Below are positions 54,912 through 63,731 of a stretch of DNA of 64,000 bases, piece by piece (the stretch's first letter is position 1; each line of letters begins with the position of its first letter). A program made the translations under genes and the position numbers. The stretch comes from Pseudomonadota bacterium (lineage in GTDB: Bacteria > Pseudomonadota > Gammaproteobacteria > Xanthomonadales > SZUA-38), in NCBI GenBank assembly GCA_039195135.1, contig JBCCVP010000003.1:7249-71248 (forward strand), in the 5' to 3' direction. The notes below the pieces were generated by a model. It saw only the letters and a program-made list of their open reading frames with translations, made no database searches and was not told where the DNA came from.

Positions 54912-56807
54912 CTAAGCCCAGAGCCTGAAGGGCAACATGGTATTGGCGGCGAGCACCGCACTCCATTGCAGCACAAGGCCGGCCGCGATGCCGTGCAGCA
55001 GATCGATACGGGACCTTTTGCGCGCCTTGCGAACCGCAAACACGGTGGCAAGCATTCCCAGTGGCAGGAGCAGCGTAACGAAGGCCAGGGAGAAACTGGC
55101 CGGCGTGCGATCGCCGAGGGCCATAAAGGACTGGGTCAAAAACAGCGGCACCGGCGCCAGCAGAAACATCGATGCCAGCGCAGCCGGAGCCAGCGGTTTT
55201 TTAAAAAATCGGGAGCGATAGCGCAGCAGTGAAACGATGCCCGCCACCAGCACCCACAGCAGGCCGGCAAGCCCCAGCAGCATGCTGAACCAATGTGCGC
55301 CCAGATAGGCGGGAGAGACTTTTTCATAGGTGAGAAAGCCGTCGCTGATCAGCCGCTCTCCCTGCGCACCCCTTAAGAAAACGTGGGAGGTGGTTGACCG
55401 GTCATTAGCGGAAAAAAGGTACGGGCCAACCGGGCGCAGCTGCCGGGGGTCCGCCTGCAGGGAAGACATCGTGAGCGCGTCGCCCGCCGGTGCCACACGA
55501 AGGGCACCAAAAACAACGTCGAGGTACTCAAACATCTGAAACCGATTCGGGCTGAGCACGTACCAGCCGTGCCAGCCCGCCAGGTCCCCGGCGGGCGTCG
55601 CGGTGGTCGGCGGCGTGACCTCGGTAATCCCCAGCGCTTCGATCAGCAGCTTGTCGAGAACGCCATAGTTTGCGGTCTCACTGTCCGTATTCACACTGTA
55701 GGCAAACGCTTTCCCCTCGCCGGGAAAGAGGCAGAGCATGGCAACAAACCCGATGGTGTTGCCGCCGTGACAGTAGGCAACCACGCCGTGACGATCCCGC
55801 CGGGCCAGACCCAGGCCGTAGCCCGCGACGAGTCCGTTTGCGGCCGCTTCCGTTCCCAGCGGCTTGCCCCGCTTCCCCATCAACGATGCATCGATAAACG
55901 GTTGCCGGTCGACCCGCCCATCGCTGAGCAGGAACCGAGCGATTCGACCGAGATCCCCTGCGGTGGTCGTGAACTGGCCCGCCGGTCGTAGAAACATGGC
56001 CGAAGCCGCAAAGTGGGACCCGTCATCGATATGGCCCCAGGCTAGATCCGGGTCGGCATTGGCACCGGATTGCGTGGTGAACCCAAACGTACTGCTTTCC
56101 ATGTGAAGCGGAGCAAGCAAGCGCTGATCCAGGTAGTTTTCGTAGGGTTCGCCCACGACAGCTTCAATCACCATGCCGAGCAGCGCGTAGCCCATGTTGG
56201 AGTAGGAGAACCGCGCGCCGGGCGTTGACCGGATTTTTAACTGGGATGTCGGGTCCGGGAAAGCGTCCTGCAGGGGTGCCGCGGGAGCCGCGTGCTCGCT
56301 GAAGATCTGCCACAGGTGGGCGTCGTTAAGCCCGGAAGTGTGATCGAGAAGATGGCGAATGGTGACCTCAGAAAATCCGGCCGGCACTTTGTCCGGGAAC
56401 AGATCCGGAAGGTATCGGGTTACAGCAGCATCCAGATCAAGGTGCCCTTCCGTCGCCAGCCGGAGCACTCCCGTAGCAAGTAGCACCTTGGCCAGCGAAC
56501 CGACATGAAACCGGGTTTCGGCGGTAAAGGGGATTTGCGCCGGCCCGTCGCGCATTCCGGCGGTGCCAACCGTGGCCTCGCCGGATTCATCCAGCAATAC
56601 CCACGCGGCGCCCTGCAGCTCCTGCTCGGCAAGCATCAACTCCACGCGCTGCTGAAGGCCGGGGCTTGCGGCGTAAGCGCTGTCGGATCCAGCCAGGGCT
56701 GTCAGCAGTAAAATGGGAATCCCTGTTTTGACCCGCGCAAGCTTCACCTTCAACCAGCGCAGTCGTGCAGCCTTCCCTTGGCGGAGTTGTCGGTCTGTTT
56801 TTGACAA
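54912..56807 (-). CDS. Serine hydrolase (beta-lactamase-related, SxxK) fused to a C-terminal polytopic membrane domain
   Basis: Motifs FHVGSLAKVLLATG (S-x-x-K), YSNMGYALLG (Y-x-N) and CHGGNTIGF. The last roughly 170 aa contain about 4-5 hydrophobic segments. TTG start at 56807; the exact start is uncertain. Confidence 0.8.
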   Translation of the reverse strand: MSKTDRQLRQGKAARLRWLKVKLARVKTGIPILLLTALAGSDSAYAASPGLQQRVELMLAEQELQGAAWVLLDESGEATVGTAGMRDGPAQIPFTAETRFHVGSLAKVLLATGVLRLATEGHLDLDAAVTRYLPDLFPDKVPAGFSEVTIRHLLDHTSGLNDAHLWQIFSEHAAPAAPLQDAFPDPTSQLKIRSTPGARFSYSNMGYALLGMVIEAVVGEPYENYLDQRLLAPLHMESSTFGFTTQSGANADPDLAWGHIDDGSHFAASAMFLRPAGQFTTTAGDLGRIARFLLSDGRVDRQPFIDASLMGKRGKPLGTEAAANGLVAGYGLGLARRDRHGVVAYCHGGNTIGFVAMLCLFPGEGKAFAYSVNTDSETANYGVLDKLLIEALGITEVTPPTTATPAGDLAGWHGWYVLSPNRFQMFEYLDVVFGALRVAPAGDALTMSSLQADPRQLRPVGPYLFSANDRSTTSHVFLRGAQGERLISDGFLTYEKVSPAYLGAHWFSMLLGLAGLLWVLVAGIVSLLRYRSRFFKKPLAPAALASMFLLAPVPLFLTQSFMALGDRTPASFSLAFVTLLLPLGMLATVFAVRKARKRSRIDLLHGIAAGLVLQWSAVLAANTMLPFRLWA

Positions 56808-56845
56808 TGGAGTGTCAGATACCCGTTAGATGCTACGCCGCCCGA

Positions 56846-57487
56846 CTAGTAAGCAACCGTAAAACGCTGTTGATGGTGGCGTGGGTTTTCGGCTTCGTCA
56901 ATCAACGCCACGGCCAGGTCTTCGATGGAAATCACTGACTTACCCTCCGAGTCCAGCAACAGTTCGTTACCACCCAGACGGTAGCGTCCCGTGCGGTCAC
57001 CGGGCACCAGGTTCGCCGGCGGACTGAGGTAAGCCCAGTCTACCCGCCGTTCTTCGCGGCAGGCTTCATGCTGATCCGCGCTGGCTCTTCCAATGGGTCG
57101 GGCAGAAACCGGCAGATAGCTGGCGTCTTCGAGCACCGTTTTACCCGCGGGGCCCGGCACGGTCAGCGTGGCAGCGCCGCCGACGATGATCAGGCGCACG
57201 CCACTGGCGGCGACGCCGTCCAGCAACGATCGAGTGAATCGGGTCACCCTGGCCGTGTCACCGGCAGGCGGCCGCGTCGTATTGATCACCACATCCTGGC
57301 GCTCGGTCAGCCGTGCGACATCGGCTCGATCGGTAGCGTCGCCGATCTGCACGCTGGCTGCGGCGGGGAAACCCGCCGGCAGCGCCGCACTGCGCACGAT
57401 AGCGGTCACTTCATGGCCTCGAGCCACGGCCTCAGCCACGACCCGGCGACCGACATTGCCCGCTGCTCCCAGTATCGTAATGTTCAT
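56846..57487 (-). CDS. NAD(P)H-binding (NmrA/atypical SDR-like) oxidoreductase
   Basis: MNITILGAAGNVGRRVV Rossmann motif, 213 aa. Confidence 0.85.
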   Translation of the reverse strand: MNITILGAAGNVGRRVVAEAVARGHEVTAIVRSAALPAGFPAAASVQIGDATDRADVARLTERQDVVINTTRPPAGDTARVTRFTRSLLDGVAASGVRLIIVGGAATLTVPGPAGKTVLEDASYLPVSARPIGRASADQHEACREERRVDWAYLSPPANLVPGDRTGRYRLGGNELLLDSEGKSVISIEDLAVALIDEAENPRHHQQRFTVAY

Positions 57488-57502
57488 TATTGCTACTCCT
57501 TC

Positions 57503-58495
57503 TCAGCTTTTTGCGACGGCGCGGCGCGGCTGGTCAGGCATCGCCGACCTCTGACGATGTGCTGCCGCGCTACGCAGGGAAAATCGGTGACCGGCATCCT
57601 CTCGACCCAGCAGCAGCGCGATGGCGAGCAGCACGGTCAGGCTGCCCGGCAACCAGTGGCCGCCGATGCGGTCACTGTCTTCGGCGAAAAGCCACACCAT
57701 GGACACAAGGGGCACCAGGTAGCTGTACGCGGTAATGACGCCCGGCGTCAGGACGGCGGCGGCTCGCTGGGTGAGCCAGAACGTCAAACCGCTGGAAAAC
57801 AACCCGAGATAAACCACGATGGAGGTATCGAGGGTGGTCATGCGGGCCAGTCGAGCCGGGTTTTCGAAGATAAACCCCAGCAGCCCCACCAGAATGCTGC
57901 CGCTCACCAGACTCCAGAACGTGCGGACCTCCGCGCGATCCGACAGCCAGCCTTTAGCGAGGCCCCACTTGCTCAGCACCGGATAGGTGGCCGAAGCCAT
58001 GCAGCCAAAAAAATACACCGCTTCGCCGAGGCCAAAACTGAGCCGGTCAGCTCGCCCTTCAGCACCCGCCCAGACGAGGCCAAGCGCCCCCGCTGCCCCC
58101 AACGCCAACACGCCCAGCAACGAGCCGGCGGGTTGTTCAACCGCCAACATTCGGCCGAAGAAATAGGCAAGAAGCGGCACGCTTACATAGATCGCCGACA
58201 TCGACAGCGGCGTGCTTCGGTGGGCGGCCCAGAACATCGCACCAAAGAAGAAAGCGAGCGCAACGCCCAGCACGGTATACAGGGCAAAACCGATACCGCC
58301 GGGCCAGAAATCCGAACTGCGTAGCATCAGCGGCGCAATTGCGGCGGCCGCGACTGAAAATCGGATGGCCGTCAGCAGCATCGGTGGCAGACCCTCGCTG
58401 AGCAGTGCGACGGCGGGGAAGGACAAGCCAACAATCACGGCCCAAAGCAGCATCCCCAGCTGTGCATCTCTTGCGGTTGGTAATGGGTCGTTCAT
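57503..58495 (-). CDS. DMT-superfamily (EamA-like) transporter
   Basis: About 10 hydrophobic segments with an internal duplication typical of EamA proteins. It is divergent from a LysR regulator. Confidence 0.8.
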   Translation of the reverse strand: MNDPLPTARDAQLGMLLWAVIVGLSFPAVALLSEGLPPMLLTAIRFSVAAAAIAPLMLRSSDFWPGGIGFALYTVLGVALAFFFGAMFWAAHRSTPLSMSAIYVSVPLLAYFFGRMLAVEQPAGSLLGVLALGAAGALGLVWAGAEGRADRLSFGLGEAVYFFGCMASATYPVLSKWGLAKGWLSDRAEVRTFWSLVSGSILVGLLGFIFENPARLARMTTLDTSIVVYLGLFSSGLTFWLTQRAAAVLTPGVITAYSYLVPLVSMVWLFAEDSDRIGGHWLPGSLTVLLAIALLLGREDAGHRFSLRSAAAHRQRSAMPDQPRRAVAKS

Positions 58496-58653
58496 CGATC
58501 AAGGCTCCAACTATTGCCAGGTGCCGACGGTTTCCTTCGATCGGCAGTACGCACGGCTCAAAACGTTGGATAAGACTCTATCTATTTCTCGAAAATTGAT
58601 AATCAGGCAAAATAGAAAATTACTATTGAGAAAAATAGAATAATCTCGTCAAC

Positions 58654-59592
58654 ATGAGCGGACTTAGTGCGATTCCGGCGTTTGTCGCGGTGGTGGAAAA
58701 CGGCGGCTTTTCTGCCGCCGCACGCGCCCTGGGCGTTTCCACGTCAGCTGTCAGTAAGCGAATCAACGACTTGGAGCGAGATCTTGGCGTACGCTTGCTA
58801 TTCCGCACAACGCGCCGCCAGAGTCTGACGGAAGCCGGCGAGCGGTATTTCGAGCACGCGGCGCAGGCGCTGGCCGCAGCCCGCCGAGCGGAAGATGCGG
58901 TTGCCGAACTACAGGGCGAGCCGCGGGGCAAGCTGAAGATCAGCAGCCCCATGTCCTTCGGACGGCTTCACGTCGCCCCCCTGATTCCAAAAATGCTCCG
59001 ACGTTATCCCCAGCTCGATATTGAATTGCTGATGGACGACCGACCCGTTGACCTTATTGCCGAAGGCGTCGACGTGGCTATTCGAAGCAGCTCCGGTGAG
59101 CTTCCCGATTCTGGACTTGTCGCCCGCCGACTGGCACCGCTTCGCCAGGGCATCTTCGTCTCGCCGGGTTACAAAGGTGCCCACCAGCTTCCGGACACGC
59201 CCGCCGATCTGGTCTCCCACAATTGTGTTTTGTTCAGCTACTCGAGCGACGCTAACCGCTGGACCTTCGAGCGAGACGGACACGAGCAGACGGTGGAGGT
59301 ATCCGGCACCTACCGGGTGAACAACAGCGAAGCCATCTTGCTTGCAGTGCGCGAAGGGATCGGCGTGGGCCGGCTGCCCACCTTCGTGGCGGGTCCCCAC
59401 GTTAGATCAGGCAAATTGATCGATCTGTTTCCCGATTACCGGATACCCGACCACGCGTTCCATGCCATATTTCCCGCGCGGCAATACCTGCCGGCAAAGG
59501 TACGAGTATTTCTGGACTTTGCCGTGCAATATTTCGGCGGCGACGCACCCTACTGGGACGTGGGTGCAGCCCAGGAGCCGGCGGGCGGCTAG
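58654..59592 (+). CDS. LysR-family transcriptional regulator
   Basis: HTH: FVAVVENGGFSAAARALGVSTSAVSKRINDLERDLGVRLLFRTTRRQSLTEAG. A LysR substrate-binding domain follows. Confidence 0.9.
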   Translation: MSGLSAIPAFVAVVENGGFSAAARALGVSTSAVSKRINDLERDLGVRLLFRTTRRQSLTEAGERYFEHAAQALAAARRAEDAVAELQGEPRGKLKISSPMSFGRLHVAPLIPKMLRRYPQLDIELLMDDRPVDLIAEGVDVAIRSSSGELPDSGLVARRLAPLRQGIFVSPGYKGAHQLPDTPADLVSHNCVLFSYSSDANRWTFERDGHEQTVEVSGTYRVNNSEAILLAVREGIGVGRLPTFVAGPHVRSGKLIDLFPDYRIPDHAFHAIFPARQYLPAKVRVFLDFAVQYFGGDAPYWDVGAAQEPAGG

Positions 59593-60566
59593 GCAGGCTC
59601 CAGCCCGGCCAGCTCCCGCAGCCGGTCAAGCAGACGGCCCCGATCTTCCAGGCTGGTCTGGGTGCCCGGCAGCACGTTGGTCGGTCGCGCCTTTCGATCC
59701 AGCCAGAACCCGCCGGTCGTCTGACCACCATCGGCGGCGGCGGCCAGCCACACGATCGTGTCCGCCCCTTCCGCGGGGGAGCGCAGGACGCGTTTGGTCA
59801 CCTTGAAAAAGCCCGGCAGCGAGTTGCGTACACCCGGCGTGTCGGCCCAGCCCGGATGCATGGCGTGCACCGCCACCTGCTTAGCCGCCATTTCCTTTGC
59901 CCAGCGCTCGGTCATGATCACCTGTCCTCGCTTTGCCTGCGCGTAGGCCGCCGGACCGTTGTAGCGCCGGGATTCCCACTGCAGATCGTCAAGGTCGATC
60001 GCCTGGGTGTACATGCCGCCGGACGACACGTTGATCACCCGCGCCGGGGCGGACGCCACTAACCTGTCTTTCAGCAGCTCGGTGAGCAGGAACGGCGATA
60101 GCAGGTTCACTGCCAGCGACTGTTCATTGCCTTCGCTGGTCACGGACCGCCGGTTAAACAGCGCCCCGGCGTTGTTGATCAAAACGTGGATCGGCGCCGG
60201 GCCTGCCAGCAGCCGCTCAGCGAGCTTTCGCACCTCGGCCAGTTCAGCCAGCTCCGCCACCTCAACCTCCGGCGGCGGACAGTGCTCGGTGTTGAGGTCC
60301 GCCACCACCTGCTTGAGCTTGACCTCGTCGCGACCCACCAGCACCAGCGTGGCGCCGAGCCGCGCCAGCTCGTTCGCCGTGGCAAGACCGAGGCCAGAGG
60401 TGGGCCCGGTCAGCACCACGCGCCGGCCGTCCAGCCGCTCTTCCACCGGCTTCGAACAGCGACCCATCACGTAGCCCAGCCGGGTGAAGGTCATCATGCC
60501 GGGCACCACGGACTGATCCAGCAGGCGGGTCAGGGGTGAGATCTTTGGAGCGGTCAATTCATTCAC
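59589..60566 (-). CDS. Short-chain dehydrogenase/reductase (SDR) family oxidoreductase
   Basis: VLTGPTSGLGLATA (T-G-x3-G-x-G), NNAG, and YAQAKRG (Y-x3-K). Confidence 0.85.
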   Translation of the reverse strand: MNELTAPKISPLTRLLDQSVVPGMMTFTRLGYVMGRCSKPVEERLDGRRVVLTGPTSGLGLATANELARLGATLVLVGRDEVKLKQVVADLNTEHCPPPEVEVAELAELAEVRKLAERLLAGPAPIHVLINNAGALFNRRSVTSEGNEQSLAVNLLSPFLLTELLKDRLVASAPARVINVSSGGMYTQAIDLDDLQWESRRYNGPAAYAQAKRGQVIMTERWAKEMAAKQVAVHAMHPGWADTPGVRNSLPGFFKVTKRVLRSPAEGADTIVWLAAAADGGQTTGGFWLDRKARPTNVLPGTQTSLEDRGRLLDRLRELAGLEPA

Positions 60567-60671
60567 GGCAGCAGGTTAGTCCAACGGAGATCAAAAGCCA
60601 TGATCCAGGAGCCACGTGAGTGGGGCGTTACGATGTCGCGAAACGCCGTTTTCAAGGGACACGACGTTCTC

Positions 60672-60700
60672 AAAAAAAAAGCCCCGCCAGGTGGCGGGGC
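60672..60700 (-). terminator. Rho-independent terminator of the TonB-dependent receptor gene
   Basis: The minus strand reads GCCCCGCC-ACCT-GGCGGGGC followed by TTTTTTTTT. It begins 58 nt downstream of the stop at 60758. Confidence 0.8.
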
Positions 60701-60757
60701 CGATTTTACCTTGGGGGCAAAACCCGCAGTAGGTCTGCGGGAGTCACCCAGCTGGCA

Positions 60758-63172
60758 TTATTCCCAGTTCATCCGGAAGCGGATACCCCAGTTGCGCGGG
60801 AACAGAAAGCCGGTCTGCACGTTGTCCACGCTGCCGTTGTTACCCCGGGCCAGCACCGCCTCGTCTTCGATGTTCTCGATGAACGCCATGACGAAGTACT
60901 TCCCATCCACGGAGTTCCAGGTGAGCCGGAGATCCGTCTTGGTGAAGTTGTCCTGCGCGTGGTTGGGATCAACACCCCACAGGTTCGACGTGTTGTAGCC
61001 GTCGCTGTTGAAGTGCATCAGTGAGGGGGTGAGGACGCCGTTCGCGCCCAAATCAAAGTCATAGGCTGCCGACAGCAGGAACGTGTAGTCCGGCGACCAC
61101 GGGGTGGTTTCGCCTTCCACATCAATGAACCCGGAAGCCGGCTGACCGTTGAACAGCTGGTAGGGATACTGCTGGCCGAAGGGACCGTACTCGGAATCGA
61201 GAATCGAGACGTTCAGGCCGAGCTGCAGATTTTCCGTGGGCACCCAGACGGTTTCGATTTCGATGCCCTGGGCGTCGATCTCGCCGCCGTTCGTGGTCCG
61301 AGTGACCGTACCGCCAACGGGCGTGACGGTCTGGAACTGGGCGACGAGGTTCGAGTAGTCCGTCAGGTGAGCGGCAGCGTTGAACAGCAGCGTACCGTCG
61401 AGCAGCGTACTCTTGATGCCCACCTCAAAGATCTCCGACTCCTGCTGGTCGGTAAATGACCCGTTTGTCGGGTTGCTTGCGCCCGACAGGAATCCGGTGC
61501 CAGCAGTGAAGTAGAGCATCGCGTCGTCCGACACATCCCACTCAAAGCCAAGCCGCCAGTCGACGTTGTCCCAGGAATCGGAGCCGACGATCGTGCCCGG
61601 CGCGTTGATGTTGTAGCCAAAAACGTCACCGGCAACGGTGGGAACCGGCAGGCTCGTGGGACCGGAAGGTACCAGCACCGAAACCGGGCCATTGGCGGTA
61701 AAGTTGCTGCCGCCGCGGGTGTCCTTTTCTTCATCGCTGTAGCGGATGCCCGCAATCAGGCGAAACTCATCGCTAAACGAATACTCGCCCTGCGTGTACA
61801 CCCCCAGCGCCGTGGTGTCGGTGACGCCGATGTCACCGAAGAACCCGCCGAACGACGTATCCGTGCTGGCGATGGGCGTACCGGTAAGCTGCGGCAGCTG
61901 CGTGCCGTCCGGCAGCGTCACAATCGGGCGGTTGGTGACCTCCGCCGTGTGGTCGAGGATCCAGAAAGCGAACGTCGACTCCTCGTCGGCGTAGTACAGA
62001 CCGCTGGTGAACTGGAACGGACCGTCAAAATCGGACGTGAGCTGGAATTCCTGCGAGAAAGTCTCCGCCGCTTCGTCGAAGCCGCCGCGCTGGTGCGGCG
62101 AGGAGCTGTAGTCGAAGTCGAACCCGATTTCGTTAGTAAAATCTGTGTACGCCGTGATCGACCGGACGGAGAAGCTCTCCAGGGCCCAGTTGAGATCGAG
62201 CGTGACGTTGAAGTCGCTGAGATCCAGGTCAGGAACAAAATCCTGAGAGGCATCCCAGGGACCAAGCTCGTTGAGCGGCGTGGTGCCGCCCACGCCCAGG
62301 ACGCCGGCAGAACCGTTGCTGGGCTCGGTGCAGTCGCGAGCCGTGCCCAGACCATCGGTCAGCCCCTGCGGGGTGACGAACCGGCACACATTTTTGTAAC
62401 CGAACAGGCCGGCCGCTGTGCCCTGCTCCTCGACATTGGTGATCCGAAGCGTCGCGTCGAACGTGTCCGAGACTTCCCACAACGCGCTGACGCGCAATCC
62501 CAGATCGTCGAGCTGACCCATGTTGGGGCCCGCGTTGTTCTCAACGTACCCGTCGCTGTTCTCATAGAGGCCAGCAAAGCGGATGGCGAAGTTGTCGGAG
62601 ATCGGCATGTTGTAGTGGCCTTCAACGCGTAGCGCGCTGAATTCGCCGTAGCCAAGATCCAGGCTGGCGGTGGTGCTCTCAAGATCCGGCGCCGCCGTAT
62701 ACAGGTTCAGGGCGCCGGCAAAAGTGTTGCGGCCGTAAAGGGTTCCTTGCGGACCCTTCAGAAACTCAACCCGCTCAACGTCGAAAAACGACCGCGCCTG
62801 CTGCGAGGCCCGCGGCTTGTAGACGCCGTCGACGTAGGCGCCAACAACGGAAGCGTTATCGCGGAAGGTATTGGTAGAGTTCGCGCCGCGAACGTTGAAT
62901 TTGACGTCGTTGCCGGCAAACGCAAAGTTGACGCCGGGGACCACAAGCTCGAGCCGCGATACGTCGGTGATCCCGCGCGATGCCAGTCCCTCGGAATCAA
63001 ACGCCGATACCGACAAGCCAACGTCCTGCAGACTCTCAGCGCGGCGTTCCGCCGTCACTACGATCTCTTCCAGCGGCGATCCGTCCTGCGCGAGGGCCGT
63101 CGAGACCGTGCCAGTCCCGGCAGCAAGCGCGCACACGATGGCGGCATGCAATGTATGTTTAGCAATTCTCAC
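60758..63172 (-). CDS. TonB-dependent outer-membrane receptor
   Basis: GTG 63172 with GGAG upstream. Signal peptide, TonB-box-like EEIVVTAERR, plug motifs (VERVEFLKGPQGTLYGRNTFAGALN) and a large barrel of 804 aa. Confidence 0.9.
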   Translation of the reverse strand: MRIAKHTLHAAIVCALAAGTGTVSTALAQDGSPLEEIVVTAERRAESLQDVGLSVSAFDSEGLASRGITDVSRLELVVPGVNFAFAGNDVKFNVRGANSTNTFRDNASVVGAYVDGVYKPRASQQARSFFDVERVEFLKGPQGTLYGRNTFAGALNLYTAAPDLESTTASLDLGYGEFSALRVEGHYNMPISDNFAIRFAGLYENSDGYVENNAGPNMGQLDDLGLRVSALWEVSDTFDATLRITNVEEQGTAAGLFGYKNVCRFVTPQGLTDGLGTARDCTEPSNGSAGVLGVGGTTPLNELGPWDASQDFVPDLDLSDFNVTLDLNWALESFSVRSITAYTDFTNEIGFDFDYSSSPHQRGGFDEAAETFSQEFQLTSDFDGPFQFTSGLYYADEESTFAFWILDHTAEVTNRPIVTLPDGTQLPQLTGTPIASTDTSFGGFFGDIGVTDTTALGVYTQGEYSFSDEFRLIAGIRYSDEEKDTRGGSNFTANGPVSVLVPSGPTSLPVPTVAGDVFGYNINAPGTIVGSDSWDNVDWRLGFEWDVSDDAMLYFTAGTGFLSGASNPTNGSFTDQQESEIFEVGIKSTLLDGTLLFNAAAHLTDYSNLVAQFQTVTPVGGTVTRTTNGGEIDAQGIEIETVWVPTENLQLGLNVSILDSEYGPFGQQYPYQLFNGQPASGFIDVEGETTPWSPDYTFLLSAAYDFDLGANGVLTPSLMHFNSDGYNTSNLWGVDPNHAQDNFTKTDLRLTWNSVDGKYFVMAFIENIEDEAVLARGNNGSVDNVQTGFLFPRNWGIRFRMNWE

Positions 63173-63226
63173 GATTAAACTCCGGTCAGCTTGGATTGAA
63201 ATTCAGGCATGAAAGCCCCCGAAATT

Positions 63227-63271
63227 TGCATTCGGATGCAGAAACATAACCCAACTTTGCATGCGAATGCA
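63227..63271. promoter_or_regulatory. Two tandem palindromic operator-like sites, TGCAT-N4-ATGCA
   Basis: TGCATTCGGATGCA (63227-63240) and TGCATGCGAATGCA (63258-63271). Both are preceded by TT, and their centres are 31 bp apart. They lie 55-99 nt upstream of the receptor start codon. Confidence 0.4.
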
Positions 63272-63731
63272 TCACCTTTCTTTCACGGTGGGTGGTTTTC
63301 CGCCACTTGTCGCATGTAACGCTTTCTAAATTGTAAAGTCAAGTTTGTGGCTCGGAATCTCGCCGGCATTTCCCAGCATCAAAGAAAAATAGTTATAAAT
63401 TACTGTTTTGATTAATTTTTTATCTAGCGTAAGTCGTCTATTTGTCAAACCACGGCCGGCGTCTCGGGAGGAGTAAGTTTCTGTTTTTATGGAAATTCTG
63501 CGCGCACTTGTCCTACAACTTTAGTATCGATACTCGGCTGCGATCCTGTTTTTGGCGGCGGACCGGCGGCTCCCAGCCTTTTGCCTGATCCCGTTGGTCT
63601 AGCCTCGCTTGTACTTCGCAATCGGGCCGTCCCGCTTACACGTTCGACCGCTTTCTCCTGGACGCCGGCAAACTTCACGGGATCGTCAAACCTGGCTGCT
63701 ACACTGCGTTGAATATCCTGAGGATTTTCCT

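Noticed and set aside
57068-58324. 418-aa plus-strand ORF
   Set aside because: It spans, in antisense, both the NAD(P)H-binding oxidoreductase and the DMT transporter genes. The composition is extremely Arg/Gly/His/Gln-rich. It is not coding.
59589-59592. Convergent LysR and SDR genes share the palindrome CTAG as both stop codons (a similar 4-nt overlap occurs at 7299-7302)
   Set aside because: It is real but trivial. Stop-codon overlaps of convergent genes are common in compact genomes and imply nothing functional by themselves.
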